Of a stretch of 61,512 bases of DNA, positions 1-9,264 are shown one piece after another; the stretch's first letter is position 1; each line of letters opens with the position of its first letter. The DNA is from Spirochaetaceae bacterium. Its GTDB lineage: Bacteria; Spirochaetota; Spirochaetia; DSM-27196; SLST01. A model generated the notes under the pieces. That model was not told the origin of the DNA. It saw only the letters and a list, made by a program, of their open reading frames with translations, and did no database searches. A program made the translations under genes and the position numbers. The DNA lies in the NCBI GenBank assembly GCA_007118855.1, contig SKQU01000134.1, forward strand, positions 1 to 61,512, written 5' to 3'.

Positions 1-9
1 GGGGTCGGC

Positions 10-480
10 CTAGTGGAGGAAGAGGAAGGACGGTGCGCCGTCGCGCCCTGCGGAGGCTTGAGTTCCCTCGAGCGAGTGGAGGTAGTCGGCCCATTCCTGG
101 GAGAAGGGCGGATTGCCGTAGTGTTCGTTCATGCCGGCACCGTAGCCATGGCCCGCGAAGTAGAAGAGAAACCGCGAATCCGGTCCCACCGCCGCCGCGG
201 CGGCGAAATCCGCGAGCAGGTTCTCCTTTGTCGCCTCTTCGCTCAGACGCGGCCCCCCGCCCATGATCGTGTAGCCGTGGAGTTCGAGGAGCGAGGCGAT
301 CGCGACCGCGTCGCCGTCCGGTTGCCGGAGGCTGGAGATGTGCGCGTACTCCGACACGCCGTACACGATCGCGTAACCGGGCGGCAGCTGCGGCGGGCCT
401 CCGCAGCCCGAGGCCGAGACGAGCGCCGCGACAGCGGCGAGAACGAGAAGAGGGCGAGTCCAACTGGTCCGACGAGGCAT
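10..480 (-). CDS. caspase-like (peptidase C14 fold) lipoprotein, short form lacking the expected Cys-half
   Basis: Internal ATG at 480 of ORF 10..1083(-) gives MPRRTSWTRPLLVLAAVAALVSASGCGG (signal peptide plus lipobox-like SGC). The body carries the caspase His-half motif FLFYFAGHGYG. The TAG stop at 10-12 falls where a DAC.SG Cys motif would be expected. Confidence 0.5.
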   Translation of the reverse strand: MPRRTSWTRPLLVLAAVAALVSASGCGGPPQLPPGYAIVYGVSEYAHISSLRQPDGDAVAIASLLELHGYTIMGGGPRLSEEATKENLLADFAAAAAVGPDSRFLFYFAGHGYGAGMNEHYGNPPFSQEWADYLHSLEGTQASAGRDGAPSFLFLH

Positions 481-491
481 CTTCACAGAGT

Positions 492-1046
492 CTACGGCCG
501 CGGCGACGAGAATTCCAGGGCGAAGGCACCCCGCAGACCGACGCCTGCTGCATAGTCGACGTCGTGGCGAAACTGATAGAAGAACGGAATCGACCACTCG
601 ATCCGGGCCGCGCGACCGATTATCGTGGTGAGCCCGGCGGCGAGCTCGATCTCCGCGTACGAGAAGACCAGGGAGGTCAGCTCGTAGGAGGCAAGGGCGG
701 CCCGTCCCGTCCCCGTCAGCCGGAGCCCGCTTGCGAAGGACCATCCGCCGCTGATCCAGAGATTCCGGGTGACGAGCCCGCGGTACCGGTACCCGCCGAG
801 CATCCGGCTCGCGCCTACGTATCCCACCCCGACCCCCGCGCCCGCCCGTATCCCCGCGATCGGCCCCACCCCCGGTCGCAGGCCTATCCCGAGCTGCAGC
901 TCGTTCAGCAGTTGAAGGGCCGGGGCGAATGGGGTATCCTGCACCAGCAGAGCGGCCTGGCGCGTTGCGATGGTGACCGAGACATCGGCAGGCAGATCGG
1001 CTGCCGCCAACGCCGCACATATGCAGAGCATGGACAGACGCTTCAC
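492..1046 (-). CDS. putative secreted / outer-membrane beta-barrel-like protein
   Basis: 184-aa ORF with signal peptide MKRLSMLCICAALAAA and a Gly/aromatic-rich alternating pattern. It lies 11 nt upstream of the lipoprotein gene. No specific family recognised. Confidence 0.45.
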   Translation of the reverse strand: MKRLSMLCICAALAAADLPADVSVTIATRQAALLVQDTPFAPALQLLNELQLGIGLRPGVGPIAGIRAGAGVGVGYVGASRMLGGYRYRGLVTRNLWISGGWSFASGLRLTGTGRAALASYELTSLVFSYAEIELAAGLTTIIGRAARIEWSIPFFYQFRHDVDYAAGVGLRGAFALEFSSPRP

Positions 1047-1050
1047 GAGA

Positions 1051-1488
1051 ATGCAGCATGCATGGCCGTTCGCGGCCGGTCAACCCCGTCGCGCCGTTCC
1101 CTGCCTGCCTGCGATCGTGCTCGCGATCATCGCCGTGTCAAGCGCCGGTTCGTGCGCCCGCGAGCGATCGCCGAACACTCCGAGCCTTCCGCCCACCCCA
1201 GTCGCCGCCCTCAGGCCGACGTGGGCCGTCGTTGCCGGTTCGTATCTCAGACTGCACCTGGAGCCGCTTGCCGACGCGCCGGTGGCCGGTCACCTGCGTT
1301 TTGCCGATGTCGCTGAGATACTCGCGATCGAGGTCGGCAGGACGCGCCGGGACGGCGGATTTCGTGAGTGGTACCTCCTCGAGCGGGGCTCGGTGACCGG
1401 CTGGGCGCCCTCACCGGCAGTCCATCCGTACGGATCGTACGGACGCGCCCGGGACGCGGCGATCCGACTGCGGGAGCGACGGCGATGA
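1051..1488 (+). CDS. putative lipoprotein with SH3-like C-terminal region
   Basis: ATG at 1051 within ORF 970..1488 starts just past the divergent gene. Hydrophobic N-terminus ends in SAGSC. The stop overlaps the next start (ATGA at 1485-1488). Confidence 0.45.
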   Translation: MQHAWPFAAGQPRRAVPCLPAIVLAIIAVSSAGSCARERSPNTPSLPPTPVAALRPTWAVVAGSYLRLHLEPLADAPVAGHLRFADVAEILAIEVGRTRRDGGFREWYLLERGSVTGWAPSPAVHPYGSYGRARDAAIRLRERRR

Positions 1489-3050
1489 CGCGGGTCCTCC
1501 TGACGGTGCTCCCCTATGCCCTGCCGCCGCTTCTTGGAGCGCTCATAGGGTATGTGACGAACAAGCTCGCGATCCGGATGCTCTTCCGGCCGCTGACGGA
1601 GAAGCGGGTTCTTGGTGTTCGAGTCCCGCTGACGCCCGGCGTCATACCGCGTCAGCGGCATGAGCTCGCGCGCAGCGTCGCCCGGATGGTGTCGACGAAA
1701 CTCATCACCGATGAGGTGCTGCTTCGGCGTCTGCAGGACCCGTCCTTCGTTTCGGCCCTTGAGGCGAGTGTGAGCCGTTTTACCGACGATGTGCTCTCCG
1801 GGGAAAGACCGGCGGACGAGTCCACCGCGACGGTTCGCCGCGGTGTCCGGGAGATGGCTACCGGCGTCCTGAGCTCCTTCTTCCGGTCTGATCTCTTTGG
1901 CGAGGTCGTGCATCGACTCGCGGAGTCCGCCGCAACCGGCGCCCTGGGGATGAGAGCCGGGCAACTGCTGCCGGCGAAGCCGAAGACGGTCGAGTTCGTC
2001 CGCGGCGTGATAGGCTCGCTCGCGCACGGACCGGTTGCCCCGACCGCCGAGCGCGCCATCCAGCGCTGGATAGCCGACCACCTGGAGCGGGACACACCGC
2101 TCGTCGAGATCGTCGGGCGTGAGTCGCTCGACCGCGTTGCCGCGATCGCGCCCGGGCTCTACAACCCGCTGCTCGAGGCTGTGCTGGCCTTTCTGCGGGA
2201 GCAGAAGACCAGGAAAGAGCTGGCGATCCACGGGCGCGACCTCCTGAACCGGATACTGCGTCGGCTGAATCTGGTTCAACGGCTGCTGGTCTCCGCCGGG
2301 CAGTACGATCGGAACATCAGCGAGAATATGCCGGCGGTCATCGATGACCTGATCCAGAGCGTCGAGAGCGCCGGCAGGAATCCGGAGAACCGCGATGGGC
2401 TGATCGACTCGATCCAGGCCGAGGTGCACGAGCTCGGGAGAACCGGGGTCCGGACGCTCTTCGAGCGGTTCGGTCTTCAGGCCGACCAGATGGTGATGAG
2501 GCTCTTTGTCGTGGCCGTCGACCTGCTCGGGCGCGACGAGGTCCAGCAGAGAGTCTGCGATACCGTCGTGAGGTTTCTCGACCGGCAGCGGCCCCGGTCG
2601 CTCGGCGAGCTCCTCGAGGCCATCGCCGGGGTGCCTCCCGAGGAACTGGCTCGCCGGGTCGTGGCCGTGGTCGACGGCTGGATCGAGCGGGAACGAGATT
2701 CCGACCAGCTCGCGCTGAGGGTTGTGGAGTTCGCGATGCGCTACGTCGGCGCCGGCGAAAGGCGACCACTCGGCGAGGTCCTGCCGCTCAGCGCAGAACA
2801 GAAACACCGCGTCGACCGGTTCCTGGCGCACAGGCTCCAGAGCGCGATGGAACGTCGAGTCCCCGAGATCATCGCCTCGATCGATGTCTACGCGATGGTG
2901 GTGGAGAAGATCGACGGGCTCGACGTCGAGAGCGTCGAACAGCTTCTGCTCATGGTTATTGCGCGACACCTGAAGTGGATCAACCTCTTCGGCGCGTTGC
3001 TCGGCAGCCTGATCGGCGGCGTTCAGGTTCTCGTAGGCCTCTTGGGGTAG
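1485..3050 (+). CDS. DUF445-family membrane protein
   Basis: MTRVLLTVLPYALPPLLGALIGYVTNKLAIRMLFRPL is a typical DUF445 N-terminus, and there is a C-terminal TM helix. ATG at 1485 within ORF 1368..3050. Confidence 0.7.
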   Translation: MTRVLLTVLPYALPPLLGALIGYVTNKLAIRMLFRPLTEKRVLGVRVPLTPGVIPRQRHELARSVARMVSTKLITDEVLLRRLQDPSFVSALEASVSRFTDDVLSGERPADESTATVRRGVREMATGVLSSFFRSDLFGEVVHRLAESAATGALGMRAGQLLPAKPKTVEFVRGVIGSLAHGPVAPTAERAIQRWIADHLERDTPLVEIVGRESLDRVAAIAPGLYNPLLEAVLAFLREQKTRKELAIHGRDLLNRILRRLNLVQRLLVSAGQYDRNISENMPAVIDDLIQSVESAGRNPENRDGLIDSIQAEVHELGRTGVRTLFERFGLQADQMVMRLFVVAVDLLGRDEVQQRVCDTVVRFLDRQRPRSLGELLEAIAGVPPEELARRVVAVVDGWIERERDSDQLALRVVEFAMRYVGAGERRPLGEVLPLSAEQKHRVDRFLAHRLQSAMERRVPEIIASIDVYAMVVEKIDGLDVESVEQLLLMVIARHLKWINLFGALLGSLIGGVQVLVGLLG

Positions 3051-3078
3051 TGTCGGGGGTGCGAGTCGCGAGCCGGCC

Positions 3079-3894
3079 CTACGAGACCTGGTCCAGGAAC
3101 CACAGGTAGAGCGCCTCGATCCGATTCGCGAAGCTGCGTTCTATGCGCTCTTCGAGGCCGAAGAGCGCGACAGGCCGGGCGGCGGCAACGCCGTAGAAGA
3201 GCAGGTGCCCCTCCGCCGGGACGACCACCAGGTCGATCTCCAGCGATTGCGGCGCAACCACGGGCAGCACCCCCTGGTAGTGCATTCGGGTGAGGTTGCG
3301 CATGCGCAGCCGTATCCCCTCGTCGGTCGCGGTATAGGTGAGCTCGAGGACGTTGCGACCGAAACTCGAGTCGCGCTGGTAGGCGTACAAGGTCTCGCGT
3401 GCGGGCAGAGAAGCCGCAACCGGATCGGGCAGGGGCCGCCGGTCCCCCGGTTCGGCGATGAGATACGACTCGTGGAAGAGCGTTCGCATCCTGCCGCGGG
3501 TCTCCGAGTAGTAGGCGATTCCCTCCATGGTGCTGACCGACTGGAGCACCGTGAGCAGCTTCTCATCGATCTCGCGCGCACGCTCGGGGGCGGCAACGAG
3601 GAAGAGAATCTCCACCGCGAAGGCCGGCTCGAGCGACGTAATGTCTGCGTGAATGGCGTCCGCGAACAGGGGCGCGAACTGCAGCCGCAGCGATCCGGCA
3701 GGCTCGGGTGCACTGGAGCCGAGCAGCCTGCCCTCGGCGACGAGGCGGGTGATCTGGGCCTGCGTCGCGCGTTGAAGCCGCGCCGCCACAGCGGAGTGCA
3801 GGACTTGTTCAGTATCTGTCTGTGCAGAAAGGAGTTGTGTGCTGAATGTCGCGGCTGCCAGCATACAGAAGATTGCCGGTGTTCGGTGTCGCAT
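3079..3894 (-). CDS. secreted hypothetical protein
   Basis: ATG at 3894 gives MRHRTPAIFCMLAAATFSTQLLSAQ (signal peptide). GC3-rich coding frame. No family recognised. Confidence 0.5.
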   Translation of the reverse strand: MRHRTPAIFCMLAAATFSTQLLSAQTDTEQVLHSAVAARLQRATQAQITRLVAEGRLLGSSAPEPAGSLRLQFAPLFADAIHADITSLEPAFAVEILFLVAAPERAREIDEKLLTVLQSVSTMEGIAYYSETRGRMRTLFHESYLIAEPGDRRPLPDPVAASLPARETLYAYQRDSSFGRNVLELTYTATDEGIRLRMRNLTRMHYQGVLPVVAPQSLEIDLVVVPAEGHLLFYGVAAARPVALFGLEERIERSFANRIEALYLWFLDQVS

Positions 3895-3913
3895 GCTATC
3901 TTGAGATATCGCA

Positions 3914-5050
3914 CTGAGACGAGGAAAGCAAGAGACACCAACGAAGCCGCTCGTTCTCTTCACCGGAGGAGGGACCGCCGGCCATGTCTACCCCGGACTC
4001 GCGGTGTCGGAACGTCTGCGGGATCGACTGTCTGTTGAGGTGGCCTGGGTCGGGGGCACAACCGGGATGGAGCGACGCATAGTAGCCGGGCGCGTCCCGT
4101 ACCACGGGATCCCCACGGGGAAGCTGCGCCGGTACCTGTCTCTCGAGAACGTCCGTGACCTGTTCCGCGTAGGGGCCGGCGTCATGCGCGCATGGGGGCT
4201 CATGCGCACGCTCAAGCCCGCGGCCGTCTTCTCGAAGGGTGGTTTCGTGAGCGTGCCTCCGGTGATCGCTGCCGGCATTCTTGGCATCCCGGTGGTCAGT
4301 CACGAGAGCGACGCCGATCCCGGGCTTGCGACGAAGATCAACGCGCGATTCTCCCGCCGGATCTGCGTCGCGTATGAGTCGACCCGCACCTGCTTTGCCC
4401 CGCGGTACCGCGGCCGGGTGGCGGTCACCGGCAACCCTCTGCGGCCGGAGGTGCTGAGGGGTTCTCGTCTCGTGGGGCTGGAATACCTGGGGTTTTCGCC
4501 CGACGATCCTCGCCCGGTCGTCCTGTTTATGGGAGGAAGCCAGGGGGCGCGGCAGATCAATGAGCTCGTTGAGCAGCTACCCCCGGCGACGCAGGCGCGC
4601 TGGCGGGTGGTACACCAGACGGGAACAAGCGTCCGGGTCGTTGTCCGGCGGGAGGACCACCACGCGGCCGGCTACTTCGGGGCCGAGCTGGCGGATATCC
4701 TCGCCGCCGCGGATCTCGTCGTCTGTCGCGCCGGGGCCTCCACGCTCTGGGAGGTTGCGGCGCTCGGGCTTCCGATGCTGCTGGTGCCGCTCGTGGAGGG
4801 GTCGCGCGGGGACCAAGTGCGGAACGCCGCGGTCTTCGAGCGCGCCCGGGCAGCGGTGTGTTTCCGGTCGGCCCGGACGCTCGTCGCCGATGTCGCGGCA
4901 TCACTTGACCAGTACGCCGCAGATCAGGAGGAGATGCGACAGATGGGGGATCGTGCCCGTTCGCTCGTTCGTGTTGACGCCGCGGACCGAATCGCCGACA
5001 TTATCGCGGAGTACCTTGATCCGCTACCCGTGCCCGCGGGGAGGGCCTGA
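3914..5050 (+). CDS. murG: UDP-GlcNAc:lipid I N-acetylglucosaminyltransferase MurG (start codon unresolved)
   Basis: The ORF track starts at GTG 4004, but the conserved MurG G-loop LVLFTGGGTAGHVYPGLAV is encoded in frame at 3950-4003. No ATG/GTG/TTG lies between the in-frame TGA at 3902 and 4004, so CTG 3914 is used provisionally. The rest matches the MurG family (GGSQGAR, RAGASTLWE). Confidence 0.8.
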   Translation: MRRGKQETPTKPLVLFTGGGTAGHVYPGLAVSERLRDRLSVEVAWVGGTTGMERRIVAGRVPYHGIPTGKLRRYLSLENVRDLFRVGAGVMRAWGLMRTLKPAAVFSKGGFVSVPPVIAAGILGIPVVSHESDADPGLATKINARFSRRICVAYESTRTCFAPRYRGRVAVTGNPLRPEVLRGSRLVGLEYLGFSPDDPRPVVLFMGGSQGARQINELVEQLPPATQARWRVVHQTGTSVRVVVRREDHHAAGYFGAELADILAAADLVVCRAGASTLWEVAALGLPMLLVPLVEGSRGDQVRNAAVFERARAAVCFRSARTLVADVAASLDQYAADQEEMRQMGDRARSLVRVDAADRIADIIAEYLDPLPVPAGRA

Positions 5051-5538
5051 TGGAGTTTGCCGGCATTGACATCGTGTTCGCGATCGTGATTGTGATTCTC
5101 GCGTTTCGAGCCGCGATCCGCGGGTTCGTGAAGGAGTTGATGGGAACCGCGGCCCTCTTTCTCGGGATCGTCATCGCTGTGCTCTTCAGCGCGCTCGTGG
5201 CCGGCGTGATAGAGGAATACATCGGACCGACGATCTGGAGTCAGGTCATAGCCTTCCTCGGGCTCTTTCTCGTCGTCTATCTCATCGTGAAGCTCTTTGA
5301 GAGCGGGTTGAACCGGATGATCGAACGAATCCATGCGGACAAGCTGGACCACGCGCTCGGGTTCTTCCTCGGCATTGCCGAAGGGCTCATCGTCGTATTC
5401 CTGATACTCCTCCTCGTGCAGATTCAGCCCTTCTTCGAGCCGGAGGCGCTCATCACCGGGAGTCTCTTCGCGAGGCTGATGGTTCCCTTCCTGCCCTTCG
5501 TCGCCGAATTCCTTGCCACGGGTCGATTCAATGTTTGA
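5050..5538 (+). CDS. cvpA: CvpA-family membrane protein
   Basis: MEFAGIDIVFAIVIVILAFRAAIRGFVKEL plus four hydrophobic helices. The start overlaps the murG stop. Confidence 0.75.
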   Translation: MEFAGIDIVFAIVIVILAFRAAIRGFVKELMGTAALFLGIVIAVLFSALVAGVIEEYIGPTIWSQVIAFLGLFLVVYLIVKLFESGLNRMIERIHADKLDHALGFFLGIAEGLIVVFLILLLVQIQPFFEPEALITGSLFARLMVPFLPFVAEFLATGRFNV

Positions 5539-6724
5539 GAATATCATCGGACAGGAACCGGTCGTCGGTCGGCTCTCGACCGAGGCTCGGGCTGCGATTC
5601 TGCCCCCTACGCTGCTGTTTCACGGCCCCGACTACGCGGGGAAGAGCTCGACCGCACTCGAGCTGGCGCGCGTTCTGACCTGTACCGGGGGCGACCCGTC
5701 GGTGCCGTGGGCGTGCGGTTGCCGCGGCTGTCTGCAGCAGCGGCACCTGCTGCACCCCGAGACGCTTCTGCTCGGGGGCAGATACTTCAGCCGTGAGATC
5801 GCCGTGGCGGCGACCGCCCTGAAGCGGGACAAACGCGCGCCCCTGCGGTACCTGCTCGAGAGATCGGTTCGCAAGCTCACCCGTCGATTCGATCCGGTGC
5901 TCTGGGAGGGTGAAGAGGGGCGCATCAGGAAGGTCGAACCGCTTCTCGCGGAGCTCGAGGAACTGCTCTCCCCCTATCTGCCCGACGGCGAACTGCCCGA
6001 CGACCGGCGCTACGCCAAAGGACTCGATTCAGTCACCGCGGTCTGCGAGAAGATCGCGGCGGTGCAGCCGCTCGACGCCGTACCGGTGCATGTCGTCCGG
6101 CGCCTGTCTCACTGGTCCCACCTCGTGGCCTCGGGTCCGGCGAAGGTGGCGATCATCGAGAACATCGACCGGCTGCACGAGTCGGCGAGGAACGCTCTGC
6201 TGAAGACGCTCGAGGAACCGCCGCACGGCGTCTACTTCGTGCTGACCACGCAGCGGCGTGGCGCGGTGATGCAGACGATACTCTCGCGGGCCCGAGCCTA
6301 CGGGTTCACGACGAGAGACGCGGCGCAGAGCAAGGCGGTGATCGAGCGCATCTTCCGCGACGCGCCGATGGACAGTCCGAGCATCCGGGACTACTTCATC
6401 AGCATTGACGGCCGCGGACTGCGACCGCTCGCCGAACGGTTCCTCGAGAGTTGCCTGACCGGGGACGACATCGAGCTGTCCCTGCTCGATGAGATCGCCC
6501 GTACCATCAGCTCACTCGGCGCCGGCGAGGGGTTTCGTTACTTTCTGGAGGAGCTCGGAGACCTCATGCGATCGGTGCTCCGGTCCGGCGGCGGGGTGTC
6601 GCCTCGGGTGCTCGGGGTCTGGCGCTCAGAGCTGCGGCGGGCGGCGGTACGTGTGGAAGCGTACAATGTCGCCGCTTCACGGGCCCTTGAGGGGCTCTAC
6701 TACACCATGCGACGGACGGCCTGA
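5531..6724 (+). CDS. holB: DNA polymerase III delta-prime-like AAA+ clamp-loader subunit
   Basis: MFENIIGQEPVV..LLFHGPDYAGKSS and IIENIDRLHESARNALLKTLEEPP. ATG at 5531 overlaps the cvpA stop. Confidence 0.7.
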   Translation: MFENIIGQEPVVGRLSTEARAAILPPTLLFHGPDYAGKSSTALELARVLTCTGGDPSVPWACGCRGCLQQRHLLHPETLLLGGRYFSREIAVAATALKRDKRAPLRYLLERSVRKLTRRFDPVLWEGEEGRIRKVEPLLAELEELLSPYLPDGELPDDRRYAKGLDSVTAVCEKIAAVQPLDAVPVHVVRRLSHWSHLVASGPAKVAIIENIDRLHESARNALLKTLEEPPHGVYFVLTTQRRGAVMQTILSRARAYGFTTRDAAQSKAVIERIFRDAPMDSPSIRDYFISIDGRGLRPLAERFLESCLTGDDIELSLLDEIARTISSLGAGEGFRYFLEELGDLMRSVLRSGGGVSPRVLGVWRSELRRAAVRVEAYNVAASRALEGLYYTMRRTA

Positions 6725-6731
6725 GGCAGCG

Positions 6732-7907
6732 ATGAAGAAGTTCGTAGAACGGGCGCTGAAAAAGTTCGAGAAGCTCGACACCGAGCAGGTGAGGATGCTC
6801 ATTCGGGACCTCGCAGATGAGCAGGACCTGGTCGCGGCTGTACTCGATTCGCTCAACGATGGGCTGATGGTCTCTGACAACGAGCACCTGCTGGTACTCT
6901 ACAACAAGGCCTGCGAGCGTCTCGTTCCCCTGGAGGTGAAGGAAGGAGCCGATCAGCCGATCTGGGAGACGATCGCCGACGACCAGATTGCACGGTTCAT
7001 CGAACAGACGCTCATTGGACAGGAGTCGGTTGCAGACCGCGAGTTCACCTTCGACCGGGGAACCGCCACGCGTACCCTCGCTTTCACCGTGACTCCCCTC
7101 GTGCGCGACGGGGTGATCACCGGGTCCATCGTGCACGTAGCCGACGTATCCGAGAAACGCAGCCGCGAAGCACGGCTGCGGCGGGCCGAGAGTCTGGCGA
7201 GCCTGACAACGCTCGCAGCCGGTGTCGCCCACGAGATCAAGAATCCGCTCGGTTCAATCGGTATCCACATGCAGCTCATCCAGAAATCGATCGCGGCGTT
7301 CACGGACGAGCGAGCCGGTACGATTCGTGAGTACGTCGACGTCGTAAACGAGGAGGTGGAACGACTGAACCGCATCGTCGTCGACTTCCTGTTCGCCGTG
7401 CGGCCCATGGACACGACGCTCGAGGATATGCATCTCAACCCCATCGTCAAGGAGCTGCTCGACTTCGTGCGGTTCGAGCTCCAGGAGGCGGGGATCTCGA
7501 TCGTAGAAGAGCTCGCCGACGACCTGCCGCAGCTGCGGCTCGACGAGAAGTACCTGAAGCAGGCGGTCCTGAACATCGTGAAGAATGCGATGTCCGCCAT
7601 GCCCGATGGTGGTGTGCTGACGGTCACGACCGGCAAGAGTGGGGAGGAGGTGTCGCTTCGGATCAGCGATACCGGGCAGGGGATGAGCGAAGAGGTGATG
7701 GAGAAGATTTTTGATCCGTACTACACGACGAAGGACTTCGGGTCCGGGATTGGATTGACGCTCGTGTACAAGATCGTCAAGGAGCACATGGGCGATATCT
7801 CGGTCGCGAGCCAGGAGGGCAGAGGAAGCGCATTCACGATCATGCTGCCGATTCCGCAGCGCGAGCAGCATCTGCTGAGCTGGCAGGGGAGCGGCAATGA
7901 AGTTTAA
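6732..7907 (+). CDS. cytoplasmic PAS-domain sensor histidine kinase (NtrB/AtoS/Hk2-like)
   Basis: No TM segment. PAS-like N-terminal half, H-box AHEIKNPLGSI, N-box NIVKNAMSAM, and G-boxes DTGQGM and GSGIGL. Overlaps the downstream response regulator by 11 nt. Confidence 0.85.
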   Translation: MKKFVERALKKFEKLDTEQVRMLIRDLADEQDLVAAVLDSLNDGLMVSDNEHLLVLYNKACERLVPLEVKEGADQPIWETIADDQIARFIEQTLIGQESVADREFTFDRGTATRTLAFTVTPLVRDGVITGSIVHVADVSEKRSREARLRRAESLASLTTLAAGVAHEIKNPLGSIGIHMQLIQKSIAAFTDERAGTIREYVDVVNEEVERLNRIVVDFLFAVRPMDTTLEDMHLNPIVKELLDFVRFELQEAGISIVEELADDLPQLRLDEKYLKQAVLNIVKNAMSAMPDGGVLTVTTGKSGEEVSLRISDTGQGMSEEVMEKIFDPYYTTKDFGSGIGLTLVYKIVKEHMGDISVASQEGRGSAFTIMLPIPQREQHLLSWQGSGNEV

Positions 7908-9246
7908 CGTGATGGTAGTTGACGACGAGAAGAATATCCGCGCCGGGCTCGGGAAGGCGATCGAGCTCGATGGTCACAACGTCGTGCTCGCCGAGGACGG
8001 CCGGCAGGCGCTTGATCTGCTCGAACACGAAGAGATTGATCTCATCATCGCGGATCTCAAGATGCCGCGCGTCTCCGGCGAGGAGCTGCTTCGCCGGGTC
8101 GTGGAGTCCTATCCGACGCTGCCCGTCATCATCCTCACCGGTCACGGAACGATCGAGACCGCCGTTCAGGCAATGCGCGACGGTGCCTACGATTTCCTCA
8201 CCAAACCGATCAACCTCGACCGGCTGAGCCTGCTCGTCAAACGGGCGCTCTCGACCCGGGAGCTTGCACTGCAGCACCGTGCGCTTCAGGAAGAGCTCGA
8301 ACAGAAGCGACAGTTCGCCGACATCATCGGCAAGAGCGCCGAGATGAAGCGGATCTTCGATGTCGTTCGGCAGGTCGCCCCAACCAGGGCATCGGTGCTG
8401 ATCACCGGCGAGAGCGGGGTGGGCAAGGAGCTCATCGCCGACGCGGTCCATCAGATGTCGAATCGCAAGGACAAACCGTTCGTGAAGGTCCACTGCGCGG
8501 CGTTGAGCGAGAGCCTCCTCGAGAGCGAGCTCTTCGGTCACGAGAAGGGGGCGTTTACCGGCGCCGTTGCCCGCAAGCGGGGGCGGTTCGAGCTTGCGCA
8601 TCTCGGCAGCATCCTTCTCGACGAGATCGGAGAGATAGCTCCGAGCGTTCAGATAAAGATCCTTCGCGTGCTTCAGGAGAAGACTTTCGAGCGAGTAGGG
8701 GGCGAGCAGACGCTCGAGGTGGACGTTCGCATTATCTCCGCGACGAACAAGGATCTCAAGCACGAGATCGAACGCGGGACCTTCCGGGAGGATCTGTTCT
8801 ACCGTCTGAACGTGGTGAACATACACATCCCGCCGCTGCGTGAACGAAAGGAGGACATCCCGATCCTCGTGTCGGCCTTCATCAAGGAGTTCGCGACGGA
8901 GAACGAGAAGCAGCTGGAGGGTATCGACTCCAAGGCCCGGGCGCTCCTGTACAACTACAGCTGGCCTGGCAACGTGCGCGAACTGCGGAACTCCATGGAG
9001 AGCGCCGTGGTCATGGCGAAAGGGCCGATCATCACGCCCGACGACCTGCCGCCCTCCATTGCTGCGGACAGCGAGAGCAACTACGTCCGGATACAACTCG
9101 GAGCCAGGCTGGAGGACGCAGAGAAGGAGCTCATTCGGGCCAATCTGGCCGCCAACAACGGCAACAAGAGCCGCACCGCTGAAGTCCTCGGTATAGGCCG
9201 CAAGACACTGCACCGCAAACTCGCCGAGTACCGCCTTGAGCCATAG
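7897..9246 (+). CDS. sigma-54-dependent response regulator (receiver-AAA+-Fis HTH, NtrC/AtoC/Rrp2-like)
   Basis: Receiver VMVVDDE...IIADLKMP, Walker A GESGVGKE, sigma-54 contact loop GAFTGA, and a C-terminal HTH (RTAEVLGIGRKTLHRKL). Confidence 0.9.
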   Translation: MKFNVMVVDDEKNIRAGLGKAIELDGHNVVLAEDGRQALDLLEHEEIDLIIADLKMPRVSGEELLRRVVESYPTLPVIILTGHGTIETAVQAMRDGAYDFLTKPINLDRLSLLVKRALSTRELALQHRALQEELEQKRQFADIIGKSAEMKRIFDVVRQVAPTRASVLITGESGVGKELIADAVHQMSNRKDKPFVKVHCAALSESLLESELFGHEKGAFTGAVARKRGRFELAHLGSILLDEIGEIAPSVQIKILRVLQEKTFERVGGEQTLEVDVRIISATNKDLKHEIERGTFREDLFYRLNVVNIHIPPLRERKEDIPILVSAFIKEFATENEKQLEGIDSKARALLYNYSWPGNVRELRNSMESAVVMAKGPIITPDDLPPSIAADSESNYVRIQLGARLEDAEKELIRANLAANNGNKSRTAEVLGIGRKTLHRKLAEYRLEP

Positions 9247-9264
9247 GTCGCGCCGGCCCGCGGA

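Noticed and set aside
3893-3904. ATG-CTA-TCT-TGA in frame with murG, suggesting TGA read-through or recoding
   Set aside because: TGA is used as an ordinary stop by many genes in the window (numerous ATGA junctions), and no SECIS-like context is obvious. A sequencing error or a non-canonical start is more parsimonious.
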